64,000 nt of DNA from Vicugna vicugna (taxonomy: Eukaryota), in NCBI GenBank assembly GCA_013265495.1, contig MU058687.1, positions 4,462,093 through 4,526,092 on the forward strand, given 5' to 3'. The notes under the pieces are model-generated. The model searched no databases, had not been told where the DNA came from, and saw only the letters and a program-made list of their open reading frames with translations. A program made the translations under genes and the position numbers. Shown here piece after piece: positions 1-13,935 of this stretch (within the stretch, counting starts at the first letter, position 1; every line of letters begins with the position of its first letter).

Positions 1-1179
1 TTTATCTGCTGCTATTCATTTGCCTGGATGAAATCCTTAACACATTTGAATTGTATTTTCTGAAATAACTGGATTGAACAATAAAAATCAGGAGTTACGT
101 TGGCTTTGGGGGGTGGTTTCAAAGTGTTTAAATTAAACACGTTTATATGGCCACTTACCATTTATGATTACTTCCTGTTAAGTGGCTGATGAAATTTGTT
201 GTCTCCAATGTTGAAATATTAAGCACTATCTTTTAGGGCTATCAATGTCAACCAAAGTGAAAATAATTTATGAAATGAATGACCTGATATTAAAATCACC
301 CTTAAAGCTATTTGAATTACATTATAATTCTCTAGTGAAGTTTGAATGCACCCATTTTATTTTTAACACTTTGAAGTATATTATCTGAGGAGAAGTTCAA
401 GTAACACATCTTTACGATTCATAGGAAAATGGTCTTCTTCAAAAGGGAAAATAAAATTCAGCTATGAGATGTAAATCAAAAATACTCACTTTTAGCTTCT
501 ACCAGGTAATATAATGGCTTGGGCTTTACAGAATGGGTTTTGGGTGCCACAGCCATCCCACCCAAGCACAAGAAAGCACAGAAAAAGAGAGAACAATGAG
601 GTGAACTAGAGGGAGAGAAGGAGTGAGGTGGAGGCAGAAAAATACTTTGAATACAAAATCATTTAAATAAATGAGTAAGACAGTTTTCAGAATAGGACTT
701 ACATTGGAGTTTTCTAGAAACCACTGAATATGATGAGTTGAAAAATGATTAGAAATTGTGAATGGTTTCCCCCTGGGTGGATGAGACTACCTGTTCAGCT
801 GCAGTGATTCTGATGAGCTTGTCTCTTAAGCTTGTCCTTTGAGATCAGCAAGAACGTCCGATTCTCTCATCTCTCATTTGAGCTGGGGCTGATTGATGCG
901 TAATTAAGATCACTAAGGAGCCAGAGTAAGAGCTGCAGAGTCTCTACATTTTTCCATGATGATTTTCTCTCTCTTACTCTTTTTTAAAGTCCTTCCTTAT
1001 GGTTCTTACGCTATAAATTCTTGATAGCATGATATTGGGGGCAGGGGTTTGTGTTAGTTTGAGAGGAGACATGATAGGGGTTGTGCACAATTTGGAGCCT
1101 GCAAGGAGAAGAGCCAGAAAAAAGCCAAATGAAATCACCACCTCTTAGAGGGGATGAAACCCGGCAGGTGACAGAGCCT

Positions 1180-1320
1180 CTCTCTTTTATTACACAGAGC
1201 AGGAAGCTCCCGAGGACTCCTGAGGCAAAGTGACCTTCTCCAGGTTACACATCTGGTCAGGGGGTAGAGGCAGGAAGGACACCCCAGTCTTCCCACTCCC
1301 AGTTCCTTTTCCTTTCCACT
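1180..1320 (-). mobile_element. MIR SINE fragment (degenerate)
   Basis: ttttattacacagagcaggaagct...aaagtgaccttctccaggttacacatctggtcagggggtagaggcagga resembles the reverse-strand MIR core (attttacagatgaggaaactgagg...aagtgacttgcccaaggtcacacagctag). Confidence 0.55.
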
Positions 1321-1679
1321 AGGACATCATTCCTTTCTCTAACCTGGGCTCTCCCATTCTCTTTGTAATGCTTGAGGAGTGGGTTTTAACCTTCCTTGTG
1401 TCTACGCTAGGAACTAGGTGCCTGGGAGAGTTAAAAGAACAACACCGAGTAACATCCACCCTTGAATCGTTTCTCCCTTTTTAAATTGAGGGTGCGTGCT
1501 GCAGAGACATAAGTTTGCATAGGAGATGTGAAACTCCTCTGTGGATCACTTAGCACCTAATCTGATGGATAGTGCAGAACCATCATACGTTCTTGAGTTG
1601 TAATATCAGCATTTAATGAGAGAGAACAAGTGGACAGCTTTTCTTCGGTTGTCAAGGACCATGGAGGTAATTTATGTTC

Positions 1680-1790
1680 ATTATTTCTTTTATTAATTTT
1701 TTTCTAATAAAAATAATAAAAATTTTTTGTCATTTATTTGAATTTTTATTTTATTTATTTTATTTTTTTGTTTTTTTCTCCTTTTTCAGT
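1680..1790. repeat. T-rich low-complexity tract (ttta/tttta)n
   Basis: Directly visible T/A-rich run. Confidence 0.75.
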
Positions 1791-2935
1791 TTTATTAGGT
1801 AGAATTATTGCAGTTCTTTTAACTGTCAAATTAAAATATTGAAACAGGTTTGGACTCCTCTATGAAAAGTTTAATAGTCTGTCTGAAACTCTACAAAACA
1901 TCAGGTGTTCTTTATGGAGATGAGCAGGTATTTATTGAGCCAAAGGCAGAAGTCTTTCTTATATTTCTATCAATGCAAAAAGCCTCATGAAAATTTGAAT
2001 GGGGACTAGGGAGAGAAATGGATCTTAGTAATATAAATTGGCTTTAAGAGTTCTGATGAGGAAGAGTTCACACACCTTCCCTGAAAAAATTAATACTTTC
2101 GTGGGGGAAGTATATATTTATAACAACAGCTTGGCAAGTCTTATTTCTGTATGAATGGAGTCCTGTGGGAACACAGAACCACCTGTGCCAGCTACAGGGC
2201 AGGGAGGGCTTCACGGTGGTGTCGACTTTTAAGTAGAGACTTGAAGAATGCAGATTTCCTGGTAGAGAGTAAGGAGGGGAACGTTCTGGTAAAGAGTTAA
2301 GGGAGAAAACATATAGCCCCACATGTTTTCAAAGGAGGCCTAACCCAATACAGTCCCATTTAATCCAATCAAAAGTGATGTTCAGATCTTCACTACATTC
2401 TTTTAAAGAAACATATGCATAACTCCTTGAATAAGAAATATCAGGCAACCGTTTCCATTTTAACTAAAAAACAAACAACACAAAACAAAAACCAGAAAAC
2501 AAATAAACCAAAAAACACAACTTTTCTTTTGAGAACTTTCCTGAAAGAGTCCTCTGGACAGAAGATAAGAAGATGCTTTCAGCTGCACTTGGAAGGACAT
2601 GAGGTGCCAGGTCACCTGTGTGTCTGAGAAATAACAGTTATCCATTCTCTCGTTAAAGCAACAGTAGCATTCAAGTCAGTTGGAGGAATCCCAGAATAAT
2701 TGGATATTGTCCAGGGCCAACTGCACTCGAAGTGAATTGCTGAATTTCCTTTGGGAAAAAGCAAGGTTCTCCTTTGTTTTATGGGGGAAAGTGGCATCTG
2801 ATAGGTCAGAGAGAAGAGGATCAATTAGATCCTTACAAACGTCTGCTGAGGTCTTTGCAGTGTTTCAGACAAATTGCTGTGACTGTCTGAACTTTGAAGT
2901 GTCTCAGATGCCACTTAATAAGAAAAGATTGCCTG

Positions 2936-3574
2936 AGCCTCTCTCGCTCTGCTCGCCATCCGACCCTTTTCCCTGAAGATCGACATCAAGTAAGGTGACT
3001 GAGAGCCTAGGTGAAGTGGGAGCCCTTTCTGACCTTCCACCATAGGTGGTAATTGACTGTGCTCTGCCTCAGTTAGCAACGTCCTTCCAAAGTCCGTCCG
3101 GATGAAGGATGATGAGAACCAACAAAGGCGTGAACACTTTTAGGATCCTGCCTTTCCCCCTCAAGTTTTAATATATTCATGTGTATGTCTATCATATATT
3201 CTTGAATATTTCATTATACTGCAAATAACTATACTCTTTGAAGAAAACAGTTTCCAGCCTCTCTCGCTCTGCTCGCCATCCGACCCTTCTCCCTGAAGAT
3301 CGACATCAAGTAAGGTGACTGAGATCCTAGGTGAAGTGGGAGACCTTTCTGACCTTCCACCATAGGTGGTAATTGACTGTGCTCTGCCTCAGTTAGCAAC
3401 GTCCTTCCAAAGTCCTTCCGGATGAAGGATGATGAGAACCACAAAGGCGTGAACACTTTTAGGATCCTGCCCTTCCCCCTCAAGTTTTAATATATTCATG
3501 TGTATGTCTATCATATATTCTTGAATATTTCATTATACTGCAAATAACTATACTCTTTGAAGAAAACAGTTTCC
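2936..3574 (+). repeat. Head-to-tail tandem duplication, 2 copies (2936-3255, 3256-3574), unit ~320 bp, ~98% identical
   Basis: Both copies start agcctctctcgctctgctcgccatccgacc and end tactctttgaagaaaacagtttcc; about 5 substitutions and one 1-nt indel seen by eye. Confidence 0.97.
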
Positions 3575-5429
3575 TCGGATTTTCCCTATGACTTGGCCTT
3601 AAGTCAGAAAGTTTCTTAATACTTCTTCAGATGTAGGACCTCTGGAAGGGAAGGGTTATGTGGGCATATACTCAAAGTTTATATAAGGAAAAGGATACAT
3701 TAGTCATTTAAATACAAACTTTCTTTTTTCAAACTGTATTGGCTTTCAAATTCCTCAATTTCTCTTTGTCGTGTTAGCTCTTTTTGGTATGTCATGGTGA
3801 AAATGTGTCTTCTCAGTAAAGGCTGGATATTTAGACATAAGGCAGCTTGAATCATGGTACAGCTGTTTAATTTGAAGAGCTATCTCTTCTAATCTATGCA
3901 ATTATTGTTCCAGACATGTGGGGTATTTCAGTGAAACTTAGAAAGCAAGAATACTCTGCACAGTTAAACCTTTTTAATGACCATCATATGTCAACAACCA
4001 AACAACACCAAACCAAAATACTGTGCCTTTATGGTTTGAGTATCTCTATCAGGATTTTGGGTGGATGTGATATTGGTGGCAGGTGGGGACAGAAGAATTC
4101 AGACCTCTTTTTTCATCCTCCCTATCTGTTCTGCCTCAGAGGGAATCAGCCAATGGAAGCTCAGTCAAGTGGCTGCCATATGCAAAGCCTTGGGGGTGTG
4201 GGAGGGTGAGTACACAATGAAGCAGGTACACCTAACCTCAAGGTATTAATAAACTTATAGGAAAACTGTGATCTGAGTGCCCAACAATATAGTAACAATC
4301 TAAATACTACATGAGTAAAATGAAAAAATAACTGCTTTTAGTTTCCAAGAAAGTTTGTTGACAGCAAACAAGGAAGTTGCCTTGGTAAGATTATTTGCTT
4401 TGCGCTTCCATCAACGAGAGGGGATCAAATACTCAGAGAGGAGGAATAAAAGCCCTTTGGATGAGGACGGCACCGTGAACACGAGCATGTGAGCACAGTT
4501 CCCTAGAGATAAGGAATTTTCTCTCTTCTTTAATTGACAGGTATTTCATACGTGAATGAAAAAGGCCAGATGTAGTCAGAGGGCTTGCCTTTTGCTTTCT
4601 GCCTCTTCAGTTTTTCAAGAGACACTAAACTCACACCTAGGAATATTTTGACAAGCTTAGAAACCTTTTCAAAAAGTAACTCACGTGCATGGCAAGATGT
4701 TACTAAAATCAGATTTTTTTTTTCCCATGGAGATGACGACCGCAGAACTTTTTATTCACATCCTCAAATGTGCAGAGAGCAGCCAAGATCTCTCCTTCCT
4801 CTGTACATTCTGGCACCATGTAGGGGACTTGAAAGGAACAGAGAAGACTCCTTAGAGGGACCTCTTAACTCATTGCACCTCTTGGCCTGTTTCAAGAACA
4901 CTTATTTGACCTGAATGATGATAGTGACTTTTCATTTCTAAATTTGAGGCAGAAGTTGAGTGGGAATTTTGAGTTATTTCTGTGTTTCTGAAATAATCAT
5001 AAAAATCATATCTGAGTACTTCCTTGAGCCAAGCCTCTGAACTAACACACTTTGGGCTGCTGTGATGAGGAAGCCGCCTGCCCTTTGGTATCTCAAAGAG
5101 TAGCTAGTCAAGTTAGCAGTCTTAGGGGGGACTGGCTACACTATAAGTTCAGAATCATTTTCTCTTTTAAATAACAAGAAATTTTGGCTAAGGGCTTACT
5201 CAGGGTTTTACTGATTCTAGATAGGAAAGAATAATACACATCCCCTTATGCAGAAAACTATTTTTAGTCTTCTAACTAATTGCTTCCCTGGTAATGTGGA
5301 ATAGTGGTTATTAGGGCCTGTGAATATGCATCTCTGGATGCCTGGCCTCAAAAGAAGGTCCAGGCATTGGAAGTCCTTGCCTTCCTTTTTAAAGAGGATC
5401 GCCCTGGCCACCATGTGCGGCAACCCTTC

Positions 5430-5780
5430 TATTAGACATGCTCCTTCCCCTGCACGGAATTCCAGTCTTCCAGTCACATTGAAATTCTGGGTTGTGTCTT
5501 TGTCTTCTCTCTCATCTTTCTCCTTTGTTTTTTATTCCCCTTATTTGACTTATCAAGTAATCAGAACATCGTACATCTTTGGTCAGCCTTACTCCAGACG
5601 TCTTCCCTAATTGTTCCATTCTCCCTGCCAGCTTCTGGTATCGCCATGGTCTTGTGTCTGACCCTCCCCTCAGCCCCGGTGTCCCTTTGCTCTGCTCCGC
5701 ATTGCCTCTTCTTGCCTCTCCCCCCGTTATTCAAAGATCTTCATTCCCAGCCCTCCACATCTTGTCCGCGGAGGAAAGTC
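5430..5780 (+). mobile_element. L2 LINE fragment (highly degenerate)
   Basis: Pyrimidine-rich segment with L2-like motifs (ccagtcacattgaaattctgggttgtgtctttgtcttctctctc; gcctcttcttgcctctccc; cagccctccaca). Confidence 0.4.
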
Positions 5781-8099
5781 CAAACTCTTCAGCCTCTTTA
5801 GGAGGTAGACTGTGTCCACCAGACTGCATGATGCCTGGCGGGGATTTACAGAGAATGCAGATTACGGGATCAAGCCTGCAGCACTGCCTAGACGTACATG
5901 GTGTTACAGGGAAACAAAGCCTTTTGTAGAGATTGCTCATTTCCTAGTACTCCAAGGCTAGAATTTTTAACAGGGACATAAATCCCAAGATTTGATGATA
6001 AAGGATCTGGAAGAAAAAGCAGGAATCCGAGATCACGCAATCTATGTCATCAAGTACAATGTGTGTGGGACCCACACGGAGGTTCCTGTCTTATTCAGCT
6101 TTGTCGCAGATGACTTGTTAGTAGAAACAGCCTCCCAGCTCAGTAAGGAAAGTGGCCCAAAACAGACAGAGTGAACTAAGCACTTGCCCTCCTATTCTCC
6201 CACCAAAATGCTGTTTTGATTGGTGTCCTGTTTGTGTTTGGATGTGCTACATGGTATGAATATATATCTCTTCTTGCCCAGTGTATAGTTAGTTGTTATT
6301 GAAAAAACTTTGACCATGAAAAATGCTGAATAATGCTAAGGACACAGTGCATAAGGCCTTGGATATGAGGATAAGTTGGCAGTGATGTAATAGGTAGTGG
6401 AAGCTCCGTCCATATTCCTCCGCATTCCATGTTCTGTTTCACCTGTAGGTGAAAAGCAGGCAGGAGTAATAATAGCAGCGTTTTGTAACAGAAATGTAAG
6501 TTGCATCTGGCTCCCCTTCAGCCTCTGATTCCCCGGGAGGCTTTTCACAACCCCTCCCCTATTCCTGCTTTCCAGCTGATCTGACAGAGGGACAGAAGGA
6601 TTAAGAAATCAAGTAGCTTATCTTAGAGGTTCCCCACAGGGCACTTTGTCCCAGGTGTTCCTGCTTGTAGCTTATATAATCAGGAGCGCTCTGTGTGCGG
6701 AGGGTATTACTGTAAAGGTGATTGTTTGAGTCAGTGGGTGATGATGTCAAGGCAATTATATCCAGGGGATGCATGATCTTAAAGACCTAGTTAGTGCCCC
6801 AGGAGACCTGGAGACAGGCCTTCTTCCCATACCTTTGCAATCGCACATTCTGAAGTGAGGTGGCACCACTTTCCAAACAGGAACGAAAGTGAATGATTGG
6901 GGGCGGTGGGGACAGTGTGTTCCTCTAGGGCTTCAGGGGGAAAAAATTACTCCCAGTTAATCTTTTCTAATGTATCGCCTTTTGTTATGTTTACATTTTT
7001 GTCCAGGGACTTTGTTGACTTAAAATGAAACTAAATCAAAACTATGAGAATTGAACACGGTTCCCTCTGATAACCTGAAAAAAAGCAACACATAGTTATT
7101 TTTAGAAAGAAAAGGAAAGGACCATAAATTAGCTGTATTTTTTATTATTTTTTTCTATCTTATGGTTATTTATAATAGATAATTGCACATCAAACTTGAG
7201 ATGAAATTAAAGTTGCAGAAGGCTTATGGTTTGTGTCCCAGTTGTGACCACTAATCCTAATATGTAGGGAATCCATTAGAAACTGGATCTCAGTTGAATT
7301 AGGACATAGGACCATCCCTGCAGAGCGGATCAGAGACCCTATTTTATTTTCTCTCCTTTGCTTTTATTTTTGGCTACATGATTAATGCATGCTGTTGAAC
7401 AGATTTCAAAATATACTGAAGAATATCAAGAAAAAAATATAAATCCCCTTTGACCATCACCAACCCTATTCTTCTCTCAAGTGGAAATTACTGTTGTCAT
7501 CTACAGATGTCCAGAGCTTTTGCTCTACCTGCACAATAGGAACATGCATACACGTATGCACACGTGCATCCCACACACACACGCCCTGAAAGATTGTTTA
7601 GTCTCCATACGGAGTCATACGCTAAATCCATATCCTGGATGTCTCCCCCTACTGGTACATGTAGAAATATGTAAGTTCTTTTGAAAGTGAAGGTGCAATA
7701 AAATCTGAAGTTTTGCTGGAGCTCCCTCCTAAATACACGCCTTCAGGTTGGAGTGGACAAGATGGGACTGAAATTCGCTAGCCAGTTTCTGCCACAGCAT
7801 GATGGCTCGGTTCTGTGGGTAAATGAGCCCCACGGAAGAGTGAGTGCAGCCGACTCCACGCTGCTTTGTTGTTCCTCAAGACGTCGTGCAGGGACAGACC
7901 CTTGAGGCTTCCATCTCCCGAGTTTTAAAAGAAGACAAGAAACATTTTCCCCAAGGGTCTTGTCCACGTAGATCCCAACCCTGTTATGTTCTGAGGTGTC
8001 TGACTGCTTGCACTGGGCTTGTGGGGTCTGGGGTTGAGCATGATGGCGTGCTCTAGACAACTGGAGTGTGCCAGCTGGCTTCACTCGTTCACAAGTCCG

Positions 8100-8720
8100 T
8101 TTATCTGTACTCACATTCACAGAGACACTGAGCATACGGCTAGGGATGGTCCGTTCATTGCTGAAGGACATTACGGATCAGTGAGGGACACAAACAAGGA
8201 AACAGACAATTACGAGAAACTGTCAGTTGTACATTGACTGGTGCAGTGGATAGAACTTCTAGAGGAACTTGATGTGGGGGGAGGAGAGGCTTCCTGGACA
8301 AGACAGCTAATCTGAGTACTGAGGGATGATTAGAACTTAGTTGTGTGAACAGAGCTGTTCAGAAAAGAAGTGTTAGAGGAAGAGGGGGGGTCACATGACA
8401 AAGGTCTTAGAGTGCCTGTCAGGGGCTTGTGGGTTGGGGCAAGTGACACCAGAGACAGAGAAGCAGGGCAGATCTTTTTGGCCTTAAAAGCCTCCTAAAG
8501 GAGTTTGAACCTTATTCTGAGAGTCATGGGCAATGATGCCTGAAGATTTTTAAAGAAACATCAAGGTGTGATTCATACGGTTTATAAGATGGAGCACAGA
8601 TTGAAAGGGGCAGGGAGACCATTAGGATGCTGTTGTGGATGCTGGGGTAGGAGGTGATGTTGGCCTTAACTAGAGCAGTGGCCGTGGGGCTGGGGAAATG
8701 TGCCAAGTTTGGGGAGGCAT
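8100..8720 (-). mobile_element. L2 LINE 3' region
   Basis: gaggcttcctgga, taaaggagtttgaaccttattctgagagtcatggg, gcagggagaccattaggatgctgttg and ggtgatgttggccttaactagagcagtggc are typical antisense L2 3' motifs. Confidence 0.75.
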
Positions 8721-10064
8721 TTCTTGCATCCTGTGAGCAACTCTGTGCAGTTGTGTAAACACCAGTTGAGTTTGGCGATTTTGAGAAACTGTATAAACCA
8801 CAGGCAAAGCAGTTAACTCTGACGTTGCAAAGCCTACTGCATGTCGTGCAGAGGTTAGATAAATATCTGTCTCTGAGGGTATATATATGAGTGCATTCTT
8901 TTTTTTATTTTGCGTTGTTTTCAAAACATAATTGCACGTGAGGCTGGCGTGTGCTCACCCTGTATTTTGCACTCAGAGTATAGTGCCTGGTCTATTTTCT
9001 CCATGACTGGGCTTTTCTTCAGAACTGACGAGTCATATATCATTCTGATTGATTCTTTCCTTTTTTTTTCTCCCCCCTCTCAAATAAAGGAGGAGGGGTG
9101 AGGTAGAGATTGTGGTAAGACATCAGGGCAACTCAGCCCACACATGCATTTATCAGGAGCCCCCCAAGTCTAGTGCAGTTGCCCTCTTCTTGTTCTGTTG
9201 CTCAGAGCTGGGATAGAGCAGGAGCAGGTGGAGTGAGGTCAGGCAGCGGGTAGGGGAAGATAGATAAGCAGCCCACGCTTGGAGATTCTTGGTCTCTGCC
9301 GGAGGGAAATGGTAAGAAGGGGGCAAGCAGAGATGTGAAATGACCAGCCAGTGTCCTGAGCAGTGGGGAACAGCTAAGCTCTAAATTGCCTTCCAAAGCT
9401 GTCATTGCTCCCACAGTCTTGAATTTGCTTCACCTATGTCTTCTGTTTTAGCTTCCTTTATTCTTAATGCTGTCACTCCAAAGGCAAAGACTCCAAATCT
9501 TAAGCATCCTTTTTTATTAAAAGTGGAAAGATGCATACTGAAGGGGTGTGTGTGTGTGAAATGCAGACTGAAGTGGGTATATGTGTGTGTGTTTAAAAAA
9601 TCCTTTGTAAGGATAAGTGGATTGCAGAAAGTGGATAGGATTATATCACAATGAAACACATACCATTTCTTCAGAAGACAGTCCCTCTGTTCTGCAAAAT
9701 TGGACTCTCTCTTCAGATTTTATACAACTCTGAATTCACGGATACAGTTCTAAGGGGATGGATCTTTGGACAAAACAATCCTTCCAATATATGTGTATTC
9801 TTTACCTTTGAAGGAACATATGCTCATTAATGTTTTAAGAGAATTCTGAGATTTTTTTTTAAATGATAGTTAATATCCATTAGAAAGCTATAGAAACCTA
9901 TGCCTTAATGATCAGCTTCCTGTTGGACTCCAACAAACCTCTGGCCATCACATATTGAAGGGAAAAGTACTGGGTAGCAGAGAGGATTGGAGACATCGAG
10001 ACAGTTAAAAATGAGGCTTTAAAAAAAAATTCTGATCCACTTATTTTGCTTTAAAAAGATGGTG

Positions 10065-10066
<2 letters not shown>

Positions 10067-10100
<34 letters not shown>
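10067..10100 (+). repeat. (GT)17 microsatellite
   Basis: Perfect dinucleotide run. Confidence 0.98.
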
Positions 10101-10103
<3 letters not shown>

Positions 10104-10569
10104 AAATGGGAAGAAATACCAATGCATCAAAATGGACAGGTCATTTTGTTGAATGTAACCAAACTCCTGAGCATTGGGAGATTAGGAGCGGTCATAATTT
10201 CCGGCTGCCGTGCTTTATGCTAATGTGGCCGTCCTCTGTCGTGTGCTTGTGCTGAGACAGCCACTTCACTCCTGCTTAATTTTCCCTCTAATGGTAGTGG
10301 TAGAGGCCTGGGTATCTACAGTCAGCTTTTACCAATTTAACTGGCTGCCACCACAGGCCATTATAAATTATTATTCTTATTTAGCACTTGAATCTACAAT
10401 TTATTTCTTTCCTTCATGCTCTGTAAAATATAGTTTTAGACTTAGGTCTAAGTTAGCTATGATTCTTTGTCCTTATAAATCCATATCTGTCATTAGCAAT
10501 AAGCTAAACTTTTTGGGATGCTAAACGTCTGTAATCCCCACAAGACAGACTGGTAATTTATCAAAGAGT

Positions 10570-10680
10570 TTCATTCATTTATGCATGCACGTGATACTTA
10601 CTGAACACTTGCTTTATACTAGGCAATGTTTCAGGCATTGGAGATTAAACAGTGAACAATATGTGTTAGTGGGGAGAGAT
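10570..10680 (-). mobile_element. L2 3' terminus
   Basis: ttcattcattt...acttactgaacacttgctttatactaggcaatgtttcaggcattggagat...gtgaacaa. Confidence 0.65.
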
Positions 10681-13289
10681 ATGACCAGGAATGTCTAGAA
10701 AACACTAGTCAGATTTGAGGAAAAATGCTTCTCCATGTGGATAGTCTCAACAGAGTTTTTCCTCCTCAGTTATCTCCACAGCTCCACAGGAAATTTCTGC
10801 AAAGTCGTATTTTCATTATTTTCGGTCTGCTCTCTGGGCTTCCAAAGAATTGTTTTTGCCTTTAGTGGGGTTGATATATTAGTACTTCCTAATATCCTAG
10901 GAAAAATATTTCCTGTTTCTTACCAATGATTATTTTGGACTGTGGAAATGATCACTGGAAACCTATATGTGAAAATTTTGTTGTAAGAATTCATATGCAT
11001 CTGGACAAGCAAAGGGTTCTTACCTGTTCTGGATTCTAGATTCTAGCGATTTTTCACATTTTCTTACCACCTCTCCCGGTTGCACTATTCCCAGTTGGCT
11101 GATTGATTTTCCCTCTCTCTGTTTCTTAAGTTCTCCCTCCCTCTGGCAACTCTGTGCTTCAGTGTGCCGGCAGGAAAGAGCAATCGTAAACTGTGTCAGT
11201 TAGCATACAGGGAATGATTTTCCTTTTATCCTCTTGGGTTCCACTGCTAATAACGATGTTAACTCCTCTGAGCAGCACTTCCTTACCTGTAGAATTATGT
11301 AATACTTCCTGTAAGGACTGAGATACTATGTGAAAAAAAAAATACCAGCACGATAGCATCCTCCTTGCCCATCCTTGGTTCTCACCAGTCTTCTCTGTGG
11401 CTCAGTGCCTGGCTCCCTCCTGCCTGCTCCAGACCCCTGATGCGGTCTTTCCCCTGCTTCTAGCCACGTCCTCCCCCTCCAGTAGATGTCCTTGCCCCTT
11501 TCTTGCTTGAGCCTGTTACTCGGTGTTCTGTTTGGCTTCCCAGACCTGGTATATCTAAATCCTCTCCAGGTAAATTTTGATCTCTTATGTTGATCCCGTT
11601 CTGCTAGGGAAAAATCTGATTTGATGGGGAGTCAGTGTGCTTCTGATATACAGTGATGAGAAGTTCAGCCTTCGAGCAGCCTTTAGATGTTCAGCCAAGG
11701 TGGGTCCCTGGTCAAAATGACCTTTTCCACCTTTTGCCATGGTGCTTGGAATTTCTTCAGTATCAGCTTGGTTCTTTAAAGGTTTCTAGTTTTCTAGATT
11801 TTTCTTCTCAACATTAGATCCTCCTGGTTAGCACCAGAAATCATCATCCGTTGGCACCTAAGATGGTCTAAACCAAGATCAACATCTTGCCAAAATGGAG
11901 CCTAGCCTGAGGTTAGCGTGCAAAGGAAACAAGAGAAGAGAAAGCATTAGGAGCAAATTTATTCTTGGAGCACAACTTTTTCACGTTTGCTGTAACCCTA
12001 GGAGTTTTGCTGCTGGTAATATCTTAAAAAGCCCTGGTTCTGTGTAGTTTAGTAAAAGGAGGAGAAATAGTCACTTCCTGCCTACTTACCAAAGACAGGC
12101 ATGCCGACCAAATACCTTGGTGTGCATCGTGAAGCATCATTAGGTGAAAATTAGGGAGTGAATTTACTTGGAGCTTCAGGAAAGGGTTTCTGACTTTGTA
12201 GACTGAATCAGTGACTCTAGAAGGAAGCGGGAGAAGCATCACTGAATGAGTAATTTATGGCTGAAGTGAGTGAACCAGTACTCACTTCCTGACTAGAATT
12301 TGTGGCTCTGGTACATCTGTCCTTCCTCTTATTTTTATCTGTGTCCTTATTTTCCACATTGCATTCAAGAGCTATGCCGGGAACGAATAATCTCTGTATC
12401 ATTTATTTCAGTATATCCCTCATCACTTTAGAAGGGAAAGTGTGTATCTATCTTTCATGTGAATGCAGTGTCCTCCTGCTCCTCAGTGCAATAAATACCG
12501 TGGTGCTGAGACATAGGAGGCTCCCAGCCTGTGCTCCGTGTCAGAGATGCTGTACGGCATCCCAGGCTGGCTGCAAAGCCCGCCCTAAAAATCAAATAGA
12601 GGAGATGCTTGTGCGTTCTCAGCAGGGGCTTGGCAAGTTGTTTGAGGTTATTTTACTCTCCTATCGTTGCCTCTCAGAAGGGGATCCCTCTGCAGTTGCT
12701 TGTTAATGCCTCATACTTTTGGGGAACTCTTCTGAACCGCTATCTGAAACCCACATTGCAGAGTAAAGTGGAATAACAAGCCCTCGGCCAAGTCACCTGG
12801 GAAGAGGACGGCCCATGATGCTCACTTTACCTGCGATTTAATGTGCTTTACTGTTGATCTCAGATTTGCCATGTAAGAACAATCTCAGTGAAGCTGATTT
12901 GTTTACTGAAAACATATCCCCCCTCACCACCATTTTAAACTTCTACCCCAACCGCCTAGAAAGTACATGCATTATTGTATATGCTTTAAAAAACGGTTTA
13001 CTTTGCAGTTCCCTTTTGTTTGCAGCCTCCTTGCAATTTTGTCTCAAATTAGCAGATATATGCATCATCTCTTGGCAATAAGGTGAGTATTTTTTTTTCC
13101 TCATTGGGTAGTTCCCTAGGGAAGAAGCTCGTGGCATCGCTCTGGCTCTCTGGGTGTGCTGCCTGTCTTCCCACACGTTCGCACCTCACCAACCTTTTCC
13201 TGCAATGTTGCCGAGTCTGGCTAATTTCGTCTGGCCTTTCTCTAATTTAAGTTACTTTTTTTTAACTCACATTAAGGATGCCTGGTGCT

Positions 13290-13640
13290 TATGCTCACAA
13301 AGCTGTTGGGTTTAGGAGCTCTGAGAAATGCTCTCTATTGAGATTTCCGGATGCCACAGTGGGATCTAGATAGAAAGCACATCAGCATCCTTCGGCAGCA
13401 AGCAGTTGGGAGTCCTGACCACTTGTAAGGTGTGATGACTGTTGCCGCTCCAAATATCTTCACAATTTGGCATTCAGAGTCTGAAAGGGAAAACAGACTT
13501 TTCTCATGCATCTCAGTTTTTATCAGAGAGGAAAACTTTTCCCCAAGTTCCACCCAGCCCCAAGCAGAGTCTCCCTAATGTCTGATTGGTCACAGCTGGG
13601 CCTATGGTGGTGCCTAATTCCTGAGCCAAATCCAAATTCA
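13290..13640 (-). mobile_element. MaLR LTR (MLT1J/K/L-like), degenerate
   Basis: tttttatcagagaggaaaacttttccccaag...gcagagtctccctaatgtctgattggtcacagctggg...cctgagccaaatc resembles antisense old MLT1 LTRs. Confidence 0.55.
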
Positions 13641-13935
13641 GTTAGTTAGCAGGTAGAGGAGACAGATGTGGAGGAGGCAACCACATGACGGTGTTTGCCA
13701 CAGGAGGAGTCGTGAATGGGTTTCTTGGTATTTTGTTTGCCATTGGCAAGGGTCTAAGCAGAGTTTTCTATCTCATTTGAGATATTTTCAAGTACTAAGT
13801 TATTTGTTGGAATTTGTTAGATTTCATCCTGGATCCCAATTCTTTGACTGAATGCAGAGGGAAAGGCATGAGAGAATGTAGGGGTTCTGGGGGGAAGCAT
13901 AAGCAAAGGGGTGTCCAAAAAGAGTCCCCTCTACG

